Of a DNA stretch of 64,000 nucleotides, positions 55,365 to 62,892 are shown piece after piece (the first letter of the stretch is position 1; each line of letters opens with the position of its first letter). The notes beneath the pieces were generated by a model that searched no databases, had not been told where the DNA came from, and saw only the letters and a list, made by a program, of their open reading frames with translations. A program made the position numbers and the translations under genes. This DNA comes from Candidatus Omnitrophota bacterium (GTDB taxonomy: Bacteria; Omnitrophota; Gorgyraeia; Pluralincolimonadales; Pluralincolimonadaceae), in NCBI GenBank assembly GCA_041651455.1, contig JBAZJG010000005.1, positions 3,882 to 67,881 of the forward strand. Reading direction: 5' to 3'.

Positions 55365-56325
55365 GGGTTTGAAGTTATCGCGTCGCAGGTTCATGAGGTA
55401 TTCCTTTGCCGGACTGGCTTTCCTAGCAGCCGGCAGTTTTATTTCCGGGGCCCGCCCGCTTCTCGCGCAATCGGGCGCTTCTAGCGGACGTCCGAAAAAG
55501 AGAATAAAAGGCGAACACGATCTCGTGTGCGCCAGGAATTCGGACCCGTATTCGATGACCGTAAAAGCCATAGGCGCGATGGGCGGGATGGAGAGGTTCG
55601 TGAAGAAAGGCAGCACGGTCGTCGTGAAGCCGAACATCGGCTGGGACCGCACGCCGGAACAGGCGGCGAACACGAACCCGCTTGTTGTCGCCGCGGTCGT
55701 AGAGCTCTGCTTCAAGGCCGGCGCGAAGAAGGTGAACGTATTCGATAATACCTGCAACGACCCGCGCCGCTGTTATGATTCGAGCGGCATCCGGGAGGCG
55801 GCAAAGGGGAAGGGCGCGAACGTATTCTTCCCGGACCTTAAGGACACCGTCCCCGCGAAGTTCCCTTACGAGAGCCCTATGGAGGGCTGGCCGATACTGC
55901 GCGCGGCGCTCGAATGCGATACTTTCATAAACGTCCCCGTGTTGAAACACCACGGCGGACCGGGGCTCACGCTCTCTATGAAGAACCTCATGGGTGTCTG
56001 CTCGGGCAGCCGCGGGCTTATGCATGACGGCCTTGGCAGGAAGATAGTCGACCTGACGGACTTCATAAATCCCGAACTTACGGTGATCGACGGCATAAAA
56101 TACCTCGAGAGGCACGGCCCGACCGGCGGCAGCCTTTCGGATGTGCGCGAGCTCAATACGGTGATCGTCTCGACGGACCCGACGCTCGCGGATGCCTACG
56201 CGTCGGACGCGGCAGGAAAGGGCCCGCTGTTCCTCGAAAGCGTCAGAATAGCCGCGCAACGCAAGCTTGGTAACGCTGATATCGGCAAGGCCGATATACT
56301 TGTAATGGACCCGCGGCTCGTATGA
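55354..56325 (+). CDS. DUF362 domain protein with a twin-arginine signal peptide
   Basis: The TAT motif [21 protein letters not shown] is followed by ..VVVKPNIGW.. and ..NVPVLKHHG.., which are typical of DUF362. The start is probably GTG 55354. Confidence 0.7.
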   Translation: MLPKGLKLSRRRFMRYSFAGLAFLAAGSFISGARPLLAQSGASSGRPKKRIKGEHDLVCARNSDPYSMTVKAIGAMGGMERFVKKGSTVVVKPNIGWDRTPEQAANTNPLVVAAVVELCFKAGAKKVNVFDNTCNDPRRCYDSSGIREAAKGKGANVFFPDLKDTVPAKFPYESPMEGWPILRAALECDTFINVPVLKHHGGPGLTLSMKNLMGVCSGSRGLMHDGLGRKIVDLTDFINPELTVIDGIKYLERHGPTGGSLSDVRELNTVIVSTDPTLADAYASDAAGKGPLFLESVRIAAQRKLGNADIGKADILVMDPRLV

Positions 56326-57731
56326 AAGCCAGAAAGTGGGTCGCCATCCGCAGGTCCTCCCAGATACTTTCCTTTTTGCTTTTCACGGCCATTCTCTGGT
56401 CGACGACTTACCCTCTTAAGGGCGGCCCCGTGCCCCCCGAAACATTATTCAGACTCGACCCGCTCGTGATCTTCATCACTTCGCTGAGCGAGAGGGTCCT
56501 GCTGCCGGGCATCGTACTATCCTCGATGATGATATTGCTGACCTTGATATTCGGCAGGTTCTTTTGCGGATGGGTATGCCCGCTCGGCGCGGCTTTCGAC
56601 CTTGCAGGCCTGGCGGCAAGGAAGAGGGAAAAGGAGAACGGGAAAGCCAACGCGAGGAACAGGAAGCTCAAATATGTCATACTGGCCGCCGTCGTGTTGT
56701 CCGCCCTTTTCGGCATCCAGGCGGCATGGGTGCTCGACCCGCTCGGTATAATGTCGCGGTTCCTTTCGCTCTCGTTCATACCGTCAGTATCGTCGGCGCT
56801 GCGGGTGCAGTTCAACAATACGTTCATCAATACGCAGTCCATGTCCGTACTGTTCCTCGTCGCTGCCGCCACGGTCCTGGTAAAAAAGCGTTTCTGGTGC
56901 CGCAGCGTATGCCCGCTCGGCGCGATATATGCACTTACGGCAAAAGCCGCGTTACTGAACCGCAGGGTCCGCGGGTGCAGCGATTGCGGGGCGTGCGCGG
57001 CGAACTGCAGGATGGGTGCGATCAGGGATGACTTCAGCTATTCGAAAGGGGAGTGCATCCTCTGCATGGACTGCGTTTATGACTGCCCGGCCGCCGGGAC
57101 GAAATTCGCGTTCGGCGGACAAGACGGGACGCGCGGTGCCGGTACTGACGCGTCGAGGAGGAATATCCTGATATTGATATCGTCCTCGGTGTTGTTGTCG
57201 GGGTTCGGGAGACTCAGGTTTCCCGCGCGCGCTCGCACGGTCATAAGGCCGCCTGCCGCGCTGCCGGAGGATGAGTTCGTCGACCGGTGTATCAGGTGCG
57301 GCAACTGCATGAGGGTATGTATAACGAACGGCCTGCAGCCCGCAATGGGAGAGTGCGGCGTTACAGGCATATGGACGCCGAAACTTGTTCCTGAGATAGG
57401 GTATTGCGAGTATAATTGTACGTTGTGCGGCAACACATGCCCGACCGGCGCGATACGCAGGATATCGCTCGCGCAGAAGCACGATACGGATCTCGGGCTC
57501 GCCGTTGTGGACCGCGAAAGGTGTATATCGTGGGCCGACGGGAAACAGTGCATGGTATGCGAGGAACACTGCCCCGTTCCGCGGAAAGCGATCAAGGCGG
57601 TAGAAGAGGCCGTCAACGGCAGGGTAATACGAAAGCCGGTAGTAGACGGCAACCTCTGCGTCGGCTGCGGCATCTGCCAGAACAAATGCCCGGTGGACCC
57701 CGTAAGGGCCATCAGGGTCAGGCCATTCTGA
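56322..57731 (+). CDS. Membrane-bound polyferredoxin (NapH/MauN-like 4Fe-4S binding protein)
   Basis: ATGA overlap with the DUF362 gene. TM segments carry FCGWVCPLGA and FWCRSVCPLGA. At least five CxxCxxC(xxx)C motifs follow, including CIRCGNCMRVC and CVGCGICQNKCP. Confidence 0.8.
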   Translation: MKARKWVAIRRSSQILSFLLFTAILWSTTYPLKGGPVPPETLFRLDPLVIFITSLSERVLLPGIVLSSMMILLTLIFGRFFCGWVCPLGAAFDLAGLAARKREKENGKANARNRKLKYVILAAVVLSALFGIQAAWVLDPLGIMSRFLSLSFIPSVSSALRVQFNNTFINTQSMSVLFLVAAATVLVKKRFWCRSVCPLGAIYALTAKAALLNRRVRGCSDCGACAANCRMGAIRDDFSYSKGECILCMDCVYDCPAAGTKFAFGGQDGTRGAGTDASRRNILILISSSVLLSGFGRLRFPARARTVIRPPAALPEDEFVDRCIRCGNCMRVCITNGLQPAMGECGVTGIWTPKLVPEIGYCEYNCTLCGNTCPTGAIRRISLAQKHDTDLGLAVVDRERCISWADGKQCMVCEEHCPVPRKAIKAVEEAVNGRVIRKPVVDGNLCVGCGICQNKCPVDPVRAIRVRPF

Positions 57732-57745
57732 AAGGAGAGCGAAAA

Positions 57746-58867
57746 ATGTTCGGAAGGAGAGCAGTGCCGAAGGTAAAATCATCCGATACGATCTACGCTT
57801 ACCTTAAACGCGGGATAAGGGAAGGCGCATCCGATATCCACTGGGAGCCGTACAACGACGGAAACAGGGAGAGCATAGTGATACGCTTCAGGGTAGACGG
57901 GATCCTGAAGGATGCGGGTAAGCTCTCCAGCGAGACGTTCTCGAGCACCGTAATAAACGCGATAAAGATAATGTCCGCGATGGACCCTACGAAGAAGCGC
58001 ACCAACCAGGACGGCCGCTTCAATTTTACGCAGGACGGCACCGGATACGACGTAAGGGTCGCTATCATGCCGACGATATCCGGCGAGAAGGTCGTCATGA
58101 GGATAACGAACAGGGGCACTTACTGCAAGAACATCTCCGAGCTCGGCATGGGCGGGGAAGCCCTGAAAAATTTCGAACAGATGATACACAGGCCGGAAGG
58201 CTTCGTGCTGATAACCGGCCCGTCCGGCGCCGGCAAGACGACGACGCTCTATTCGATACTGCAGAACGTCTACAGGCGCGAGATAAACATCTGCACGATC
58301 GAGGACCCGGTCGAGCTGCAGTTCGCCGGGATAAACCAGATACAGGTCAACTACGAATACGGCATGACGTTCGTCACGGGACTGCGCGCGATAATGAGGC
58401 AGGACCCCAATATAGTGGCGGTAGGCGAGATAAGGGACCTCGAGACAGTCCGGATAGCGTTCCAGGCGTCGCTCGCCGGCTCCATGGTGTTCTCGACGCT
58501 GCACGCGAGGGACGCGGTCAACACCGTGACGAGGCTCATGGACATGGGAGTCGAGCCGTTCTTCATTGCGACCGCGCTGACCGGCATAGTATCGCAGCGG
58601 CTCATCCGCCTCACATGCCGCGACTGCAGCGGCCAGGGCTGCAAACAGTGCAACTTTACCGGGTTCAGGAAGAGGATAGGCGTCTTCGAAGTGCTCCGCA
58701 TGAACGATCCCCTGAGGCAGCTGATATTGAAACGGCCGAATTTCGAGGAACTGAAGGCCGCGGCGATAGGCCAGGGGATGGTGCCGTTCGCGTCGCTTAT
58801 AGAGCCGATGATAAAGCAGGGCCTGACCACTGCCGAAGAGGTCAACAGGGTCCTCGCGCTGGAATAA
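57746..58867 (+). CDS. GspE/PilB-family type II/IV secretion ATPase, short form lacking the N-terminal domains
   Basis: ATG 57746 follows AAAGGAGAG; the ORF-track start at 57416 overlaps the polyferredoxin gene. ASDIHWEP, Walker A GPSGAGKTTT, the Asp box, Walker B and the C-terminal tetracysteine CRDCSGQGCKQCNFTG are present. Confidence 0.85.
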   Translation: MFGRRAVPKVKSSDTIYAYLKRGIREGASDIHWEPYNDGNRESIVIRFRVDGILKDAGKLSSETFSSTVINAIKIMSAMDPTKKRTNQDGRFNFTQDGTGYDVRVAIMPTISGEKVVMRITNRGTYCKNISELGMGGEALKNFEQMIHRPEGFVLITGPSGAGKTTTLYSILQNVYRREINICTIEDPVELQFAGINQIQVNYEYGMTFVTGLRAIMRQDPNIVAVGEIRDLETVRIAFQASLAGSMVFSTLHARDAVNTVTRLMDMGVEPFFIATALTGIVSQRLIRLTCRDCSGQGCKQCNFTGFRKRIGVFEVLRMNDPLRQLILKRPNFEELKAAAIGQGMVPFASLIEPMIKQGLTTAEEVNRVLALE

Positions 58868-58875
58868 GCCGCCCC

Positions 58876-58897
58876 GGCGCGCCGCGCGCCTTATTTT
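58876..58897 (+). terminator. Probable intrinsic terminator
   Basis: The GGCGCG-CCG-CGCGCC hairpin is followed by TTATTTT, 9 nt after the stop at 58867. The loop is tight (3 nt). Confidence 0.5.
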
Positions 58898-58942
58898 GGG
58901 CTTGCTAAATCCGACTTAAAATAGTATCATATCTATCACTTT

Positions 58943-59019
58943 GGGCCCATAGCTCAGTTGGTTAGAGCAGCTGACTCATAATCAGCGGGTCATAGGTTCA
59001 AGTCCTATTGGGCCCACCA
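58943..59019 (+). tRNA. tRNA with anticodon CAU, elongator type (Met or lysidine-modified Ile2), CCA encoded
   Basis: The cloverleaf reads GGGCCCA / TAGCTCAGTTGGTTAGAGC / GCTGA-CTCATAA-TCAGC / GGTC / ATAGG-TTCAAGT-CCTAT / TGGGCCC-A-CCA. G1:C72 is paired, so it is not an initiator. The acceptor pairs C4:G69 and C5:G68 resemble E. coli tRNA-Ile2. A candidate promoter TTGCTA-17-TATCAT lies at 58902-58930. Confidence 0.9.
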
Positions 59020-59027
59020 AATTTTTC

Positions 59028-59104
59028 GGGCGATTGGCTCAGTTGGTTAGAGCGCCACATTCACATTGTGGAGGTCAAAGGTTCGAATCCTTTATCGCCC
59101 ACCA
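59028..59104 (+). tRNA. tRNA-Val (anticodon CAC), CCA encoded
   Basis: The cloverleaf reads GGGCGAT / TGGCTCAGTTGGTTAGAGC / CCACA-TTCACAT-TGTGG / AGGTC / AAAGG-TTCGAAT-CCTTT / ATCGCCC-A-CCA. It starts 8 nt after the previous tRNA. Confidence 0.9.
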
Positions 59105-59126
59105 TCTCACACCCCGGGAGCGCCAC

Positions 59127-59861
59127 ATGCAAAAGATTAATGTTGAAGAGCAGATAGGCTACCTGAAAAAACTCCAGGCCGTCGACGGCGATATCTTCCG
59201 GCTGCGCAGGGATAGGGCGTCGAAGCCCAAGCTTATCGAGGACCTCGAAGCGCGCCGTAACGACGAGCAGGCCGCGGTCAGGGGCATCGAGGAGAAGATA
59301 AAGGCGAACCAGGTAAAGCGCAAACAGCGCGAGCTCGACCTGCAGGCGAAAGAGGACGGGGTCAAGAAGCTCCAGGCCCAGCTCTACCAGCTGAAGACGA
59401 ATAAAGAATACCAGACGATGCAGCAGGAGATAGAGGGCCATAAGGCGGACAAGTCCCGCGTCGAGGACGACATACTCGTGCTTATGGAAGAGGCGGACAC
59501 GCTGAATAGGGACCTCGCGAAGGAGAGGGCGCTTTTTGCCGACGCGGAGAAGCACCTGAACGAGGACAAGAAGGTCATAGAGGACGAGATCGCCGCGCTC
59601 GACAAACGGATCGCGGAACTCGAGGCGGAACGCGCCGCCGCGGCCGCTCAGGTCGATAAGAAGGTCCTCGCGCATTACGAGAAGGTATTGTCGGGCAGGG
59701 ACGGTGTCGCGATAGTCGCCGTAAAAGACAACGCGTGCCAGGGTTGCTTCATGAACCTTCCGCCGCAGATGATAAACGAGATCAAGATGAACGACAAGGT
59801 CATCACCTGCGAGAGCTGCGCGCGCATATTGTACATTGAGAAAGAAGCCGATGCGTCATAA
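59127..59861 (+). CDS. COG1579/DUF164-type coiled-coil protein with a C-terminal C4 zinc ribbon
   Basis: ATG 59127 follows GGGAG; the ORF-track start at 59034 lies inside tRNA-Val. A long coiled coil is followed by CQGCFMNLPPQ...ITCESCARILY. Confidence 0.8.
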   Translation: MQKINVEEQIGYLKKLQAVDGDIFRLRRDRASKPKLIEDLEARRNDEQAAVRGIEEKIKANQVKRKQRELDLQAKEDGVKKLQAQLYQLKTNKEYQTMQQEIEGHKADKSRVEDDILVLMEEADTLNRDLAKERALFADAEKHLNEDKKVIEDEIAALDKRIAELEAERAAAAAQVDKKVLAHYEKVLSGRDGVAIVAVKDNACQGCFMNLPPQMINEIKMNDKVITCESCARILYIEKEADAS

Positions 59862-60267
59862 GCGCCTCGTCATATATACGGACGGCGGTTCCCACGGTAA
59901 TCCAGGGCCGTCGGGCATAGGCGTCATCCTGTGCGCCGAAGGCGGAGAGACCGTAAAGAATATATCGAAGTATATCGGAGAGACGACGAACAACGTCGCG
60001 GAATACATGGCGCTGATATACGGCCTTCAGGAGGCCTTGATTTTAAGGGCCGATGAGGTTATAATCAATTCGGATTCGGAATTGCTTGTAAGGCAGCTGA
60101 AAAAGGAATATAAGGTAAAAGACAGGGACCTTAAGGTGCTCAACGGACAGGTAGAGCACCTGTTGTCGGGTTTCAGGAAATACGAGATAAACCATATCGA
60201 CCGTTCCCTTAACAAGGGCGCGGACAGGCTGGCCGATAAGGCCGTAGGCCAGGAGTCGCTCTTTTAG
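59851..60267 (+). CDS. rnhA: Ribonuclease HI family protein
   Basis: MRHKRLVIYTDGGSHGNPGPSGIGV..TNNVAEYMALIYGLQEAL..SDSELLVRQL...NKGADRLA carries the DEDD-type RNase H motifs. It overlaps the upstream gene by 11 nt. Confidence 0.85.
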   Translation: MRHKRLVIYTDGGSHGNPGPSGIGVILCAEGGETVKNISKYIGETTNNVAEYMALIYGLQEALILRADEVIINSDSELLVRQLKKEYKVKDRDLKVLNGQVEHLLSGFRKYEINHIDRSLNKGADRLADKAVGQESLF

Positions 60268-60276
60268 ATCACAGGA

Positions 60277-60610
60277 TTTGGGCAGGCCGGATGGTCGCTT
60301 CCAGCGATGGAGGAGGAAAGTCCGAGCTCCAAAGGACAGCGTAGCGGGTAACGCCCGTCTGCCGTAAGGCAAGGATCAGAGCCACAGTGACGAACAATCC
60401 CATGCGGGAGGCCAGACGGCCTTAACGCCGGGACGAAGTGAAACGCGGCAATCTCTACGCGGAGCAAGGCCAAATAGGCGCATCTCCTGGGGCTGTCCGC
60501 CCCAAGCCCGCAAGGGCGGATGCGCGGGTTGGCTGCTTGAGCCCCGGAGCAATCCGGGGTCTAGATGGATGATCATCGAACACAAAACTCGGCTTATAGG
60601 CCTGCCCAAA
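60277..60610 (+). ncRNA. rnpB: RNase P RNA, bacterial type A (compact)
   Basis: P1 pairs TTTGGGCAGGCC (60277-60288) with GGCCTGCCCAAA (60599-60610). The universally conserved P4 strands are GGAGGAAAGTCCGAGCTCC and ACAAAACTCGGCTTATAGG. GGTAACGCC, GAGCAAGGCCAAATAGG and GGCTGCTTGAGCC..CTAGATGGATGA are also present. Confidence 0.85.
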
Positions 60611-60630
60611 ATAATTTTCAGGAGAAGGAA

Positions 60631-61002
60631 TTGGCTATAGAAAGCCGCGCCGGCATAAGGGTTAAGATAGACGCGACCATAATGGTCGAGATCGACACGG
60701 GCATGAAGGACAAGATCCGCATAATCCGCGAGCCCCAGAAGGCCGTCGTCGTAGATATAAGCATCATCGGGCTTGGCGTGATATCGCCGATATTCCTTCC
60801 GAAAGGCGCCATTCTCGTCATTCAGCTCGATGCCTCGATATTCAATATCGGCAAACCCGCGAGGGTCATAGGAGAGGTCCGGTATTGCAGGCCGTCGAAG
60901 AACAAGGATTACAGGACCGGCGTAAAGTTCCTGGACATAGACAATGTCCTTCTGGCGAAGATAAAGGAATACGTCGAGCAGTATAAGCATAACGCGGTAT
61001 GA
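60631..61002 (+). CDS. Single-domain PilZ c-di-GMP receptor
   Basis: TTG 60631 lies 6 nt after AGGAG (60620-60624); the ORF-track ATG at 60565 lies inside rnpB. The canonical motifs are RAGIR (RxxxR) and DISIIG (DxSxxG). Confidence 0.75.
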   Translation: MAIESRAGIRVKIDATIMVEIDTGMKDKIRIIREPQKAVVVDISIIGLGVISPIFLPKGAILVIQLDASIFNIGKPARVIGEVRYCRPSKNKDYRTGVKFLDIDNVLLAKIKEYVEQYKHNAV

Positions 61003-61027
61003 ATCTACGGGAGACGCGGCACGGCAT

Positions 61028-62128
61028 ATGGACATAAAAACGATATTCAAATCAATGGTAGATACCGGGGCTTCCGACATCTTCTTCAAGGTGGGAAGCC
61101 CCGTTAATTTTCGCGTGGATGGGCTGCTGGTCCCGCAGGGTTCCGAAGCCCTTACCGAAAAAGACATCTCGAAAATGATCGACGATGTCCTGGGCGCGGA
61201 GCAGAAGAAGGCTTTTGAAAGGGACCGCGAGATAGATTTCGGCGTAAACTTCGAGGGGCTCGGAAGGTTCCGCGGAAGCATATTCCACCAGAACGGCCTG
61301 CCCGGCGCCGTCTTCAGGTTCATAAAGGGCAAGATAGAGGCGTTCGACCCGCTGAACCTGCCGTCGAAAGTGCTCAGCAAACTCGCGCTCGAGAAGAGGG
61401 GCCTGATACTTGTCACGGGCGCGACCGGAAGCGGCAAGTCCACGACTATCGCGAGCATAATTGAATATATCAACCAGAACCTCCCGTCCCATATAGTCAC
61501 GATCGAGGACCCGATAGAGTTTGTCTTCGAGGACAAGAGGTCTCTTGTCGAACAGCGCGAACTCGGCCTCGATACGCCGTCTTACATCGACGCGCTGAAG
61601 CATGTCATGTACCAGAGCCCGGACGTAATATTCATCGGCAACATACGCGACATGGAGACGATGGCGGCCGCCATGACAGCCGCCGAGACAGGCCAGCTCG
61701 TCGTGAGCACGATCCATTCCGTTAACGCTATACAGACCGTCGAGAGGATAGTGAATTTCTACCCGCCCCACCAGCATGAGGAGATACGCATGCAGCTCTC
61801 GCTGTTGCTGAAAGGCGTCATCTCGCAGAGGCTGATCCCCGTAAAGGAAGGCAAGGGCAGGATGCCTGCCTGCGAGGTCATGCTTAATACCCCGACTATC
61901 TCCGCCCTCATCAGGGAAGGCAAGACGAACGAACTTCTGCATTATATAGAGGAAGGCGGAATATTCGGCATGCAGACATTCGACCAGTGCCTCGCCAAGC
62001 TTTGCCTCGACGGCCGCATCTCCGTCGAAGAGGCAAAGCGATTCTGCGATTCCGTCGCGATACTCGACCTCGCCCTCAAAGGCATCAAGCGCACAGAGCG
62101 CGGCACCCCGTTCACCCCCAACCGCTAA
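61028..62128 (+). CDS. pilT: Type IV pilus retraction ATPase PilT family
   Basis: GASDIFFKVGSP, Walker A GATGSGKSTT, IVTIEDPIEF, TISALIREGK and GMQTFDQCL are present. Confidence 0.85.
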   Translation: MDIKTIFKSMVDTGASDIFFKVGSPVNFRVDGLLVPQGSEALTEKDISKMIDDVLGAEQKKAFERDREIDFGVNFEGLGRFRGSIFHQNGLPGAVFRFIKGKIEAFDPLNLPSKVLSKLALEKRGLILVTGATGSGKSTTIASIIEYINQNLPSHIVTIEDPIEFVFEDKRSLVEQRELGLDTPSYIDALKHVMYQSPDVIFIGNIRDMETMAAAMTAAETGQLVVSTIHSVNAIQTVERIVNFYPPHQHEEIRMQLSLLLKGVISQRLIPVKEGKGRMPACEVMLNTPTISALIREGKTNELLHYIEEGGIFGMQTFDQCLAKLCLDGRISVEEAKRFCDSVAILDLALKGIKRTERGTPFTPNR

Positions 62129-62236
62129 TTTAGGAGCCACTAGTCTGGTCCAGAGGGACACCCTAAGATAATAAAGGACGGAGTCTGTCCAGCATGTCCC
62201 CTCGGAGGATGGCTCCTACTACTACTATTATTTCCC

Positions 62237-62265
62237 TTGACATGAGTGGGGGAGGGGTGTATACT
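62237..62265 (+). promoter_or_regulatory. Sigma70-type promoter of the mraZ/dcw cluster
   Basis: TTGACA (62237-62242), a 17-nt spacer, then TATACT (62260-62265). It shares the CCTTGACAT...GTATACTT context with the cvpA promoter. Confidence 0.6.
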
Positions 62266-62277
62266 TTGTAGCGTCAG

Positions 62278-62317
62278 GTGGAGTAAAGTGGTTTAAAGTG
62301 GAGAATATGGTTGTGGG
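62278..62317 (+). promoter_or_regulatory. Candidate MraZ operator: phased GTGG direct repeats just downstream of the promoter
   Basis: GTGGAGTAAA GTGGTTTAAA GTGGAGAATA, with GTGG at 62278, 62288 and 62298 at exact 10-bp spacing. Further ATGG (62307) and GTGGG (62313) copies follow. AAAGTGG occurs twice. Confidence 0.5.
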
Positions 62318-62445
62318 TCCAAATTAGCCTTTGTCGGGGAGCCCTCGCAAGAGGGAAAGGCAAAGCAAAAAGGGTCCAGCCGGTCCTTATAAATTTTGGG
62401 CCCACAACCTTTTATTCTTGTCTTCGCTATTTGGGGGGATGATAG

Positions 62446-62892
62446 ATGTTTTACGGAGAATACGAACATACTATCGACAGGAAGGGCAGGATCATAATAC
62501 CCTCCAAGTTCCGCGAGGTCTTCAAGGAAAATTTCGTCGAAAAATTCTACGTGACGCGCGGCCTCGACAAGTGCCTCTTCGTTTTCACCGAGGAAGAATG
62601 GAAGCTCGCCGAGCAGAAGTTCAAAGGCATGTCTTTCACTAAAGCCGATTCGAGGAAGTTCAACCGCCTGTTCTTCTCGGGCGCCGTCGACGTCACATGC
62701 GACAAGCAGGGAAGGGTCCTGCTGCCGCAGTACCTGAAGGATTACGCGGGGATCAAGCGGGACGTGATGATAGTCGGCGTCTCGAACAGGATGGAGATCT
62801 GGTCGAAGGAGGAGTGGAACAGGTACTACGATAACGCGGCGCCTTCGTTCGAGAAGACCGCGGAGAATCTTTTGGAACTTGACAATACATAA
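62446..62892 (+). CDS. mraZ: Transcriptional regulator MraZ
   Basis: MFYGEYEHTIDRKGRIIIPSKFRE.. and a second SpoVT-AbrB repeat ..DKQGRVLLPQYLKDYAGI.. are present. Confidence 0.95.
   Translation: MFYGEYEHTIDRKGRIIIPSKFREVFKENFVEKFYVTRGLDKCLFVFTEEEWKLAEQKFKGMSFTKADSRKFNRLFFSGAVDVTCDKQGRVLLPQYLKDYAGIKRDVMIVGVSNRMEIWSKEEWNRYYDNAAPSFEKTAENLLELDNT

Noticed and set aside
58943-59104. The tRNA pair considered as an integration hot spot for a mobile element.
   Set aside because: The flanking genes are ordinary (an ATPase upstream; COG1579, rnhA and rnpB downstream). I saw no partial tRNA duplication or integrase.
60376-61536. A 386-aa minus-strand ORF spanning rnpB, the PilZ gene and the start of pilT.
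   Set aside because: It runs antisense through a well-supported RNase P RNA and two motif-supported genes. Its translation is Ser/Pro/Leu-rich and featureless.
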